A stretch of 64,000 nucleotides of DNA from Candidatus Bathyarchaeota archaeon (GTDB taxonomy: Archaea; Thermoproteota; Bathyarchaeia; Bathyarchaeales; Bathycorpusculaceae): contig CAWHXY010000007.1 in assembly GCA_963833575.1 (NCBI GenBank), forward strand, positions 64,001 to 128,000, in the 5' to 3' direction. Position numbers and translations under genes: made by a program. Numbering within the stretch: position 1 is the stretch's first letter; each line of letters starts with the position of its first letter. This document shows, piece after piece, positions 50,295-58,967 of the stretch. The notes beneath the pieces are model-generated. The model searched no databases. It had not been told where the DNA came from and saw nothing but the letters and a program-made list of their open reading frames with translations.

Positions 50295-50813
50295 GTGACT
50301 TGCTTTTTGAGCAGCAACTCCATATCAACTAATCAGTTCGGCAACAGGTTAGATAACGCAAAGAACTACGCTGAAGTTTGGCAAATTGTTAAGGAAACTG
50401 CGCAGGTCACCTTGGGCAAGAAGAGAGATGCGATGATGCTGTTTTTGGATGATTTGCCTCTGCAACTTGGAGCCTATTATCCGGTTGGGACCAACAATAT
50501 TGTATTAAACAGGTCGCTTGTAGAGATAGTTGAGGCATCCGTAACATCCAAGCCAACCGTCAACGCGCTAGTTTACAATCTTTTGCTGCACGAGTATTTG
50601 CATGCGCTTGGTGAACTCTCTGAAGTCGAAGTTAGACGCTTGGTAATTGAAGTCGCAAAAAAATGTTTCGGAGAACAACATATCGCAGCAGAAATAGCGT
50701 GTAAAAGCCCGTGGGTTCTGCTTAAGGATATTCCGCTTGGACCCTACAACGCGCCCAAACGTGTGATGGAAATTGTTAAGAACTTTGAGAAAACTAGCCA
50801 TTACATAGTTTGA
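50295..50813 (+). CDS. Archaeal protein with HExxH zincin-like motif
   Basis: GAYYPVGTNNIVLN and LLHEYLHALG. Confidence 0.8.
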   Translation: MTCFLSSNSISTNQFGNRLDNAKNYAEVWQIVKETAQVTLGKKRDAMMLFLDDLPLQLGAYYPVGTNNIVLNRSLVEIVEASVTSKPTVNALVYNLLLHEYLHALGELSEVEVRRLVIEVAKKCFGEQHIAAEIACKSPWVLLKDIPLGPYNAPKRVMEIVKNFEKTSHYIV

Positions 50814-50894
50814 AGTTTTGCAATATTCGGTGCATTTTTTTTCTTTGTGTTTTAGGTTGCTTTGTTGGTTTGGAGCTTGGTTTAATTGCAGGTT

Positions 50895-50950
50895 GATACA
50901 TTTTTTGACATAATTTGACATAAATTGACACAATTTGACATAATTTGACA
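50895..50950 (+). repeat. Five (plus one degenerate) 10-bp tandem repeats TAATTTGACA upstream of copy C
   Basis: ttttttgaca taatttgaca taaattgaca caatttgaca taatttgaca. Confidence 0.9.
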
Positions 50951-50969
50951 TTTAGAAGGATTCATATGG

Positions 50970-51145
50970 TTGTTAACTCGAAAAATAACTTTTAGAGCAA
51001 TGCTTCAGATATAGACAGATTGCAAATTCCGAAGATTATATTATGGGAATTCAAGTTAGAACAGCCAACTTCTAAAAGTAGATTTCAATTTTACCGAACG
51101 TTTAGAGGCTGGCAATTTTTTTGCGGAAAATTGAAAAGACGACTG
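50970..51145 (+). pseudogene. Frameshifted, truncated tandem-AbrB gene, element copy C
   Basis: Fragments LLTRKITFRAMLQ / DRLQIPKIILWEFKLE / QLLKVDFNF / FRGWQFFCGKLK align colinearly with copy A (RISFKAPLQ, NRIAIPKLMRWQFKIE, QVLKV, FQGWQFFYAKM). Confidence 0.8.
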
Positions 51146-51152
51146 AACACAA

Positions 51153-51560
51153 TTACTGTTCTTTTTCGTTGATTGACATGACAGACACTTTTATTTGTTT
51201 AACAGGTTTGTTCGCTTTAAGCCCATCAATTAAGCACCTTAGCCGTTCTGAGGCTCCTTTTACAACCATAACTTCCAAGCAGCTTGTCTCTGAAATGTGC
51301 GAATGGAGATAAGCAGTTATCATGTCGTCAAATTCATGTTGAATTCGGAACAATTCTTTGTTCTCCTCAGCCTTATCGTAAAGAACAGTTATAGTTGCAA
51401 TGACGTTTCCCTTGATTTTTCCTAGCTCACTATATTGAGTAAGATACATTCGGACTGCTTGCCGAACTACCTCTGATCGGTTTGCGCCTCCATCTTCTCC
51501 CAGTACAGTGTCTAGTTGTTCAAGTAACTCGTTTGGTAGTGAAAGACTGATGATGCTCAC
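51153..51560 (-). CDS. NikR-family metal-responsive regulator
   Basis: RHH N-terminus IISLSLP...NRSEVVR; metal site QH...HSH...C. Confidence 0.88.
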   Translation of the reverse strand: MSIISLSLPNELLEQLDTVLGEDGGANRSEVVRQAVRMYLTQYSELGKIKGNVIATITVLYDKAEENKELFRIQHEFDDMITAYLHSHISETSCLEVMVVKGASERLRCLIDGLKANKPVKQIKVSVMSINEKEQ

Positions 51561-51650
51561 TTAAATTCCCCTTAAACCTTTATGACAATTGTTGTTTGTT
51601 TATGGTTTTTGTTTGTCTTAAGCATTGCCTTCATTTTGCCAAATATCTCT

Positions 51651-51680
51651 GTTATTAAATTCAATTTAAATTTTAATAAC
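51651..51680. promoter_or_regulatory. Inverted repeat GTTATTAAA-N12-TTTAATAAC, candidate NikR-type operator
   Basis: Perfect 9-bp arms between the divergent regulator and the ABC operon. Confidence 0.55.
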
Positions 51681-51722
51681 ATTTAATAAATGGTATGGGC
51701 ATTTTAATAAATTGACGATTTC

Positions 51723-52661
51723 ATGCGCAAAATCACTTATGTCCTCGTTGGCGCATTTGTTGCAGTAGTTATTATTGCCACAATTGCAGGTTTGTATCTC
51801 ACTAATAACGCTGGAACCAGTTCAAGTTCTAAGGTAAATGTGGTTGCAACATTTTATCCGCTATACGATTTCGCCCAAAATGTAGGCGGCGACAAAGTCA
51901 GCGTATCAATACTAGTTCCAGAAACAACAGACGTACATGATTTTCAACCCATACCCTCATCTTTAGCAGCCATCTCAAGCGCAGACGTCTTAATTTATAA
52001 CGGCGCTGGGCTTGAACCATGGATCCAAAGTATTATAACTTCAGCTGGTAGCTCAAAACTTATCCAAGTAGATACGAGCCAAGGAGTTCAGCTGCTTCCT
52101 GTACCCTCCAAATTTCAGAAAAATAATCAAACAATTGACCCCCACATTTGGCTTAATCCAATAAACGCAAAACAACAAGTTAACAATATTCTAAAAGGAC
52201 TAATCAAGGCTGATCCTGCAGACAGCCAATATTTTACTCAAAACGCAAATGCCTATGAGACAAAACTTGATGATTTAAATGCTCAAGCCGTTAATGCCAC
52301 AACTAACACCGCGACCAAATATTTTGTTACATTCCATGAAGCATTTGCTTATTTTGCAAAACAATATAACGTTACGCAACTTCCGATTTTGGGGCCTTTC
52401 GAAGAAGAGCCCACTCCAGCTGACATCCAAAATGTAATCAACGCTATTAATCAGTATCATCTCAAATATGTAGGATATGAGTCCCTTGAAAATCAGGCGA
52501 TTCCGAACACTATTCGTTCCGAGACAAATGCCACTTTGATAAATATGAATCCTATTGAAGGTTTAACTCCACAGCAAAAAGCGGCTGGCGACAATTACAT
52601 TACATTAATGCAGCAGGACATAAATAATATCCACTTGGCTCTAACAAATGTCGGAAGCTAA
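51723..52661 (+). CDS. Metal ABC transporter substrate-binding protein (ZnuA/TroA family)
   Basis: DVHDF, DPHIW and FHEAF motifs. Confidence 0.92.
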   Translation: MRKITYVLVGAFVAVVIIATIAGLYLTNNAGTSSSSKVNVVATFYPLYDFAQNVGGDKVSVSILVPETTDVHDFQPIPSSLAAISSADVLIYNGAGLEPWIQSIITSAGSSKLIQVDTSQGVQLLPVPSKFQKNNQTIDPHIWLNPINAKQQVNNILKGLIKADPADSQYFTQNANAYETKLDDLNAQAVNATTNTATKYFVTFHEAFAYFAKQYNVTQLPILGPFEEEPTPADIQNVINAINQYHLKYVGYESLENQAIPNTIRSETNATLINMNPIEGLTPQQKAAGDNYITLMQQDINNIHLALTNVGS

Positions 52662-53409
52662 ATCGATCTTAGAAATTCGCGATCTTTGTGTAAAGTTATC
52701 TAACGGAGTTACTGCTCTGGAAGGCATAAATATAGATGTGAAACAGAAAGATTTAATTGCGCTTATCGGACCCAACGGAGCTGGAAAATCAACCCTCCTC
52801 AAAGTCATTCTAGGTCTAATCAAACCAACTAGTGGCTCAGTCACACTATTTGGGTCTAAAGACTTAAGCAAAAACCTCAAGTATGTAGGTTACGTTCCTC
52901 AAAGCGCGCAAGCAAGAGATCCAAACTTACCCTTCAGCGTTTATGAAACAGTACTGCTCGGAAGAACTCCAGTTGCAGGTCTGCTCCACGGAATGAGTGC
53001 AGTGGATAGACAGAAAGTTGACGAGACTCTGAAGATGTTTGGCATATATGAGCTGAAAGATCGAAAAATAGGGCAACTTTCTGGAGGGCAGTCTCAACGT
53101 GTTTTTTTGGCCAAAGCAATGGTTGCCGAGCCAAAACTGCTCTTGTTGGATGAACCTACAAGCGGCGTTGACACCAGTTCAAAGAAAGAATTCTACAACA
53201 TTCTTGATAAATTAAACAAGGAAAGAGAAATAACGGTTATACTTTCTTCACATGACATTGGAGTAATCACAAAGATAGCAAATAGAGTTCTTTGTCTAAA
53301 CAGATCCCAATTCTTCTGCGGCGAAAACGAAGACTTCCAAGCAGACATTGAGATCCACAAATTGTATGGCCATCCAGTGGAGCTTATGGAACATCATGAT
53401 CACCCTTAA
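52648..53409 (+). CDS. Metal ABC transporter ATPase (ZnuC-like)
   Basis: GPNGAGKST, LSGGQ, LLDEP and SHD motifs. Confidence 0.93.
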   Translation: MSEAKSILEIRDLCVKLSNGVTALEGINIDVKQKDLIALIGPNGAGKSTLLKVILGLIKPTSGSVTLFGSKDLSKNLKYVGYVPQSAQARDPNLPFSVYETVLLGRTPVAGLLHGMSAVDRQKVDETLKMFGIYELKDRKIGQLSGGQSQRVFLAKAMVAEPKLLLLDEPTSGVDTSSKKEFYNILDKLNKEREITVILSSHDIGVITKIANRVLCLNRSQFFCGENEDFQADIEIHKLYGHPVELMEHHDHP

Positions 53410-54283
53410 CGCTTTTTCTTTGCTCCAAGCGCCATTTATGCAACGAGCGATTTTAATATCCATCATCATCGCACTGTTGAGTTCGATCCTTAGCATTTTT
53501 ATTGTTTTAAAAAGGATCTCACTTATCGGAGATGGACTTTCACATACAGCTTTTGGCGGCTATGCCCTCGGCTATTATATAACCTCTATCTTGTTTGGAA
53601 GCCTAGCCACTTACTCGTATTTTGCAGGAATTATACCTCAATGGGTAGGTGCGATCACAGTAATTTTAGGTTCAATAGGCATCAATAAAGCTTTGAGATC
53701 AACTAAAATTGCTGGCGACGCTGCTGTTGCTGTGTTCCTTCAACTTGGTCTAGCAGCAGGTGTAACTTTAGTAAGTATTACAGGTGGCTTTGGTGTTAAT
53801 CTTGAAAATCTGCTTTTCGGCAGTATTCTTGCTGTTGACTTTCAACAGATAATTATTGCTGGCATAGTAACGGCTTTTTCTTTAGCCATAGTTTTTCTGT
53901 TTTTCAAGGAACTAGTATACATTACTTTTGATGAAACTCAAGCTCGTGCAGCTGGAATCAGAACTTGGGTCTACGATTATCTGCTTAGTATTCTAGCAGG
54001 TGTTACAGTAGTCATAGCGATACCCGTGGTGGGCGTGCTTTTAATGTCTGCCCTTCTTGTTCTGCCAGCGTTAATAAGTACTCAAGTTACAAAATCTTTC
54101 AGGCAAACAGTAATATTGGCGCCAATAATCGGCCTAGTCACAGTTATTTTTGGAATAATAATATCCGTCATCATAAATGCCGCTCCAGGAGGAACAATCG
54201 TTCTTACAGGTTTAGCAATTCTCGCAATCATAATAATAGCCAAAAAAATCCAGAGCAGCTCAAAACCTAAACAACATGACTAA
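53396..54283 (+). CDS. Metal ABC transporter permease (ZnuB-like)
   Basis: FMQRA, GDGLSH, LFGSIL and FDE..A motifs; start trimmed to MITLN. Confidence 0.92.
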   Translation: MITLNAFSLLQAPFMQRAILISIIIALLSSILSIFIVLKRISLIGDGLSHTAFGGYALGYYITSILFGSLATYSYFAGIIPQWVGAITVILGSIGINKALRSTKIAGDAAVAVFLQLGLAAGVTLVSITGGFGVNLENLLFGSILAVDFQQIIIAGIVTAFSLAIVFLFFKELVYITFDETQARAAGIRTWVYDYLLSILAGVTVVIAIPVVGVLLMSALLVLPALISTQVTKSFRQTVILAPIIGLVTVIFGIIISVIINAAPGGTIVLTGLAILAIIIIAKKIQSSSKPKQHD

Positions 54284-54319
54284 AATCAGAATAAAAAATG
54301 AGAAAAACTAAAGGGTTTG

Positions 54320-54892
54320 TTAGTAGTTTTCAACCCAGACTTCAAAGTAAGCTTTTGGATGAGCACATACTGGACATTTTTCTGGCGCTTGTAATCCTTC
54401 AAAGACGTAACCGCAGTTCCTGCATTTCCATTTGATCGACTGGTCCTTTTTGAAGACTTTCCCTTGTTCCAAAGTTTCAACCAGTTTATTGTAACGTCTT
54501 TCATGGTAGGCTTCGACTTTTGCAACCATCCGAAATGTTGCCGCTACCTCAGGAAAACCTTCTTTTTGAGCTACATCTCCAAAATCTGGGTAAAGAGAAC
54601 CCCATTCAAGTTTTTCACCTGCAGCTGCCGCTTTAAGATTGTCAACGGTTGACCCGATAGCTCCCGCTGGGTAAGTAGCTTTGATTTCAACCATTCCGCC
54701 TTTGAGATGCTTAAAGAACAATTCTGCATGTTCCTTTTCATTAGCTAATGTTTCCTCGAAAATTGCGCCTATCTGCTCATAACCTTCTTTTTTGGCGACG
54801 CTTGCAAAAAATGTATAGCGATTTCGGGCTTGTGATTCGCCTGCGAACGCAGCTAAAAGGTTTTTTTCTGTTTGACTACCTTTAAAATCCAT
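54320..54892 (-). CDS. rbr: Rubrerythrin
   Basis: AFAGESQARNRY, two ExxH motifs and C-terminal CRNCG...CPVC. Confidence 0.95.
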   Translation of the reverse strand: MDFKGSQTEKNLLAAFAGESQARNRYTFFASVAKKEGYEQIGAIFEETLANEKEHAELFFKHLKGGMVEIKATYPAGAIGSTVDNLKAAAAGEKLEWGSLYPDFGDVAQKEGFPEVAATFRMVAKVEAYHERRYNKLVETLEQGKVFKKDQSIKWKCRNCGYVFEGLQAPEKCPVCAHPKAYFEVWVENY

Positions 54893-55218
54893 TTTAAAAC
54901 ACCAACTAAGTAAATTTAAGACCGAAAATAAAAGTGTTCCCTGTATTCTCAAAAAATTATATGTATAGGCTTTTATTTAGCTTAGAACTAAATGTTTTTG
55001 CCGAATGATGAGAAGGCATTAGCTTGACATTAATTTGGATGAGAGATCAGAGTTACTCAGACGGCAATGGATCCAATACAGCAACAAGCTCTTGGGTTTT
55101 ATGTATTAACATAACTCATTTATTGGCTTGAATCAAAAACCAATCAATTTCGAATAAAGAGTCCTTTTTCACCATTTTTGGATACATATCGGTATATATT
55201 TCTCAATTTGTTTCTCTG

Positions 55219-55497
55219 TTGAATAGCTTGATGGTGCTGGTTAAGAATCGAAATGAAGCAATAGCATTTTTGAAAGAAGTTTTTGATAAATGCACACTTT
55301 TTGACGGACAGTTTTTTTGCTTAACGCCACCAAACCCTGCAAGTTTGCTATCAAAGGGCTACCAAATTCACATGATGAACCCCATTCACTCCGATGATTT
55401 GGTCTGCATGAATGAAATTCTCAGCAAGCATGATCTATTATTGAAGATTGAAAAAGACTTAAAAATTATCTACAGGCCAGAAGCGTCAAAGAAATAA
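55219..55497 (+). CDS. Hypothetical protein
   Basis: Plausible ORF followed by a T tract. Confidence 0.6.
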   Translation: MNSLMVLVKNRNEAIAFLKEVFDKCTLFDGQFFCLTPPNPASLLSKGYQIHMMNPIHSDDLVCMNEILSKHDLLLKIEKDLKIIYRPEASKK

Positions 55498-55694
55498 GGT
55501 TTTTTTGATATACGAATACAAAAAATGAAGCGATGCATAGAATTCACAGAACAAACTATGAGTTTGGAGTGCACTAAGTGACAACTAATCGAGGCATCTA
55601 TATTAGATGGACACAGATGCCGAAAGTTAAAACCACGAAAATAGTTATAGAAGAAAAAAATTGTTGGTTTTTTGTGTTAGATCCGAGTTTTGGT

Positions 55695-55934
55695 TTATTC
55701 TGAGGTGCAGCCTTTTTTGTCGCAGTTTAGCTCGGCGGGCTGATGCTTAGATAAAGCGTGGCTGATGTAATCTTCTCTTGAACTAAAAATTCCGTCACAT
55801 AGCGGGCAGTGAAGTTTACTCTTGTCGTCCATTTTAGGTTCTATGATATTAATGTCTTGCATGCCGCCTGGGCGCGCGGTTTTAGTGTCATTATCTTCGT
55901 GAAAGTTTGAACCTGGATTAATCTTTGACAACAA
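55695..55934 (-). CDS. Small C2H2 zinc-finger protein
   Basis: CPLCDGIFSSREDYISHALSKH; GGAGGTG SD. Confidence 0.75.
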   Translation of the reverse strand: MLSKINPGSNFHEDNDTKTARPGGMQDINIIEPKMDDKSKLHCPLCDGIFSSREDYISHALSKHQPAELNCDKKGCTSE

Positions 55935-56000
55935 ATCACCTCCACTAAGAAAACCAGGGCGACAAAATACCTGTGTTACTTGCAGTGTTTTTGGTTGATG

Positions 56001-56159
56001 TTATATTCTGCGTCCTGTAAGTAGTCGGTAAACTATTATTATGAGAGCTATGACAAGCAGTAGCCAAATGATGGCGCCAAGGTTGAAGATGAAAAAGCCA
56101 AGCAGCCACAGTAAGACCAGAATCACAGCAACTACGATAAGAAAGTCAAGTACTCGCAT
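56001..56159 (-). CDS. Small membrane protein (lmo0937/DUF5670-like)
   Basis: Manual translation MRVLDFLIVVAVILVLLWLLGFFIFNLGAIIWLLLVIALIIIVYRLLTGRRI; GAGGAG SD. Confidence 0.75.
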   Translation of the reverse strand: MRVLDFLIVVAVILVLLWLLGFFIFNLGAIIWLLLVIALIIIVYRLLTGRRI

Positions 56160-56579
56160 TTTCAGAAACTCCTCTTACCATTAACTCGGCATCTTTATTT
56201 TAAGATGTGTGACTGTGAACAAACAACTACAGTTTACACATCGCGCGCAGCGCGATTTAGGTAAGTGAGTAAAGAATTCGATAATTCCGCCAAATATGCT
56301 AACCACAATATAGGATTGTTCACCTAAAAGCGGAAGAGGATTACATAGTAAAAAATTATGTTTAACGCGAAAACAGATGCGCCAACGAGATTATGTTTTA
56401 TGTAACGCCAACCAAATTTTTTGACTATTGAAGTTAGTTTGCTCATGTGCTTTTCAATTCTCCTACTACAGTTAACTAAATTTCTGAATAACTTAGGATT
56501 TGGCTATGTTCTTCTTGTAAGCAAGTCCGGTGTTTTTTATGGGATTTGAACTGTGACGGTTTTAGATTTCAGAAGTGGT

Positions 56580-56810
56580 TTATTGTTGTGTTACTGTTAC
56601 GGCTGATACAGGGCAATTTTTGGCTGTGGCTTGGGCATCAACTATCTGATTATCATCAAATAAATTGGTAGATTTTGATTCATCTGTTTGCCCATGAATG
56701 ACATTTGGCTGCTGATTTTTACCGGATTGAAAATGAAGCCTATCACTAGCATAACAAGCTACAGTTGAAACACAAGTTTTCAGGTCAACTTCAATTTCAT
56801 ACTTAACCAT
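56580..56810 (-). CDS. Single-cluster (3Fe-4S-type) ferredoxin-like protein
   Basis: IEVD..TCVSTVAC ... AKNCPVSAV. Confidence 0.7.
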   Translation of the reverse strand: MVKYEIEVDLKTCVSTVACYASDRLHFQSGKNQQPNVIHGQTDESKSTNLFDDNQIVDAQATAKNCPVSAVTVTQQ

Positions 56811-57080
56811 TAAATTATGGGACCGCTCTATCTTTGAGGCTTTAGCTCAATTTCTTATTTACCTTTTCACAGCAGTAACCCATTTCCTAAAATTTTTCTG
56901 TACAAATGTCCATTGCAGTTGGTTTATAACTTTTGCGCAATTGTTAGATTTCACGGCGCTCAGGCAGGGATTGTACTGAACGCTCCCTCCAGCGGAGACT
57001 TCACATAGGTGCATTTCCCTTTTCAATAAGATCCTCTGCAAAGTCAGCTAGATCGGAAAAATTCAACCATCGAAATCGTA

Positions 57081-57602
57081 TCACCCTGGAATTGAAACCC
57101 ATGTTGCATTTATGGGTATAGCAATCGCGTACCCTGTGTGTGTTGATTGCAAGCTAACGTAGTATCCTGCGGTATATTGTAGCATTTTAGAGGTAATCGT
57201 TATTGTGGTTTGTTCATGTATCTGGCTAATGTTGGATATTCTATCAATTACAATTGTTTGATCTAAGGAATATTTTGTTGGTGTTACATAATCTGATGTT
57301 GCATACTTACCTCCTTGTAGAATGTTTTGAGGTGTTGCCAACGGTTCTAAGCCTGTAGTATTAATGGTTATCAAATTTGTTATAATCGATTCGTTTGCTT
57401 GGTATGTTTTAATGCCTATGGAAACCGACTCTATCTGCTTATCTGTTGAAAAGATGATGTTGCTAAGAGCTATTGGATATTTCGATTGAAAGATTGATTG
57501 CCAGTTGTATGCGATAATAATTGATGAAGCTAACAAACCAATTATTATGGCAGCGATAAGTATTTTCACGATTCTTTGGTTTTTTGTTTTTGACATTGTC
57601 AA
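57081..57602 (-). CDS. Membrane-anchored hypothetical protein
   Basis: N-terminal TM followed by a Thr/Ile-rich beta region. Confidence 0.6.
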   Translation of the reverse strand: MTMSKTKNQRIVKILIAAIIIGLLASSIIIAYNWQSIFQSKYPIALSNIIFSTDKQIESVSIGIKTYQANESIITNLITINTTGLEPLATPQNILQGGKYATSDYVTPTKYSLDQTIVIDRISNISQIHEQTTITITSKMLQYTAGYYVSLQSTHTGYAIAIPINATWVSIPG

Positions 57603-57640
57603 TACTCAATTATTTAGATGTTATTTATTCATAAGCGCTT

Positions 57641-58243
57641 CTATGATTGCAATGGAAGAGATTTCTTGTCCCTCTCAGGACCTAACAAGTGAATTCTAAG
57701 GCTTAAAGCTGCACTTTCTGTTGGTTGGTTTGAGTCGATGATTATCCAGTTGTCAAACCGTGTTAATTCGAGTGCTTTAGTTCTAACTTTTCTTAGGGCG
57801 GAAAGATTCTCAAACATTTCAAAGTCAGTGCGATTATTCTTAATGCGAGACGCCGCTACTTTGGAGTTGACATCTAAAAAGAACATCTTTTTCGGTTTTG
57901 GAACTATAGTTGAAAAGAAGTTATAGGCGATTGAGTGTAGAGGTGATGGTAGATATGCAGTTCCCATTAGGTACCGTACGAATATTATGTAATCGTCTTT
58001 TCGCCAAGAATATAGAAGTATTGAGCGGATGACATCCGCCATGTAGAATAAGGCTGATGAAAAATGGGCTGATTTGCCTTTAGAATACAAAAAGACATGT
58101 GCTTTTTGGCCAAACCAATTGTCACTTTCAGGATGAACCCGAATTGTTACGGACTTGTTCATTTGTTTTAATAACTCAAAGATTATGTGTGCTTGCGTGC
58201 TTTTTCCAGAACCGTCTAAGCCATCGATTATTATAAGTTTGAA
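57641..58243 (-). CDS. Thymidylate-kinase-like P-loop kinase lacking a canonical start codon
   Basis: Frame extends 27 codons upstream of the listed ATG: FKLIIIDGLDGSGKSTQA; VRY and FFLDV motifs. Confidence 0.8.
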   Translation of the reverse strand, partial: FKLIIIDGLDGSGKSTQAHIIFELLKQMNKSVTIRVHPESDNWFGQKAHVFLYSKGKSAHFSSALFYMADVIRSILLYSWRKDDYIIFVRYLMGTAYLPSPLHSIAYNFFSTIVPKPKKMFFLDVNSKVAASRIKNNRTDFEMFENLSALRKVRTKALELTRFDNWIIIDSNQPTESAALSLRIHLLGPERDKKSLPLQS

Positions 58244-58960
58244 CTAGATTCCTCCGATCAAAAGCAAAAATACCAGGGTGCTAATTAGCGGCACTGTTAG
58301 GTTGTCTAATCCTTTTGGTGTTAGTGCTTCAAGCAATGTCGCTGTAGCTGCAACCCCTAATGACGCCTCCAGAAGTGTAAATGTCGAAAATGGACACAAG
58401 TAAGAAAACAATAGCAGGCTAAGTGTCACACTTACGAATGTTATTGCAAACATAGCAGTTGTTCCTTCTAAGCTCTTTTTTGAAAATATATTGAACTGGT
58501 GGTGACCTATTTTTTGTCCAACTATGGAAGCGGCGGCATCACCAAAAGCCATCGGTAGAATCCCCGCTATTATGACATACGGTTTAGCGGAGAAGAAGAA
58601 TGCTAAAATGGTATAGGCGATTGCGTAAAGGACTAGACCGAATTGGTGCCCGCCGGTTGTAATTTCTGCAAGGCCTGATATTTTGTTTTTTAAATTGATT
58701 GGAGATGAGGGTGACGCCAAGAGAGTTAGTATTATGAAGGGTGAGGCGACAAAAAATGGGAAGTTTGCTGGGAAAGTTGTAAAGGTGAAAAAGGGTATTA
58801 TGTAGACGAAATTGCCGATCATAACGTGCAGGAACTTTCGCATTAGATTTGTTGGAAAGCGGGCGCCAATTTTCACTGCTATGACAATTATGGCAACTAT
58901 GTATAAGTAGCAAAGCGTGAGCAACACCGAGTTTGAGATAATTTCAGTGTTGGTGACCAT
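58244..58960 (-). CDS. SEC59/phytol-kinase-family polyprenol kinase
   Basis: RKFLH, GDAAASIVG, KKSLEG and DNLTVP motifs. Confidence 0.85.
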   Translation of the reverse strand: MVTNTEIISNSVLLTLCYLYIVAIIVIAVKIGARFPTNLMRKFLHVMIGNFVYIIPFFTFTTFPANFPFFVASPFIILTLLASPSSPINLKNKISGLAEITTGGHQFGLVLYAIAYTILAFFFSAKPYVIIAGILPMAFGDAAASIVGQKIGHHQFNIFSKKSLEGTTAMFAITFVSVTLSLLLFSYLCPFSTFTLLEASLGVAATATLLEALTPKGLDNLTVPLISTLVFLLLIGGI

Positions 58961-58967
58961 GCAATCT

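Noticed and set aside
50901-50950. TTGACA as bacterial -35 boxes
   Set aside because: The genome is archaeal, and the hexamer is the unit of a tandem array positionally equivalent to those in copies A and B.
50568-50951. 127-aa ORF with MSNYVK repeat
   Set aside because: Artefact of translating the 10-bp repeat array; antisense to a real gene.
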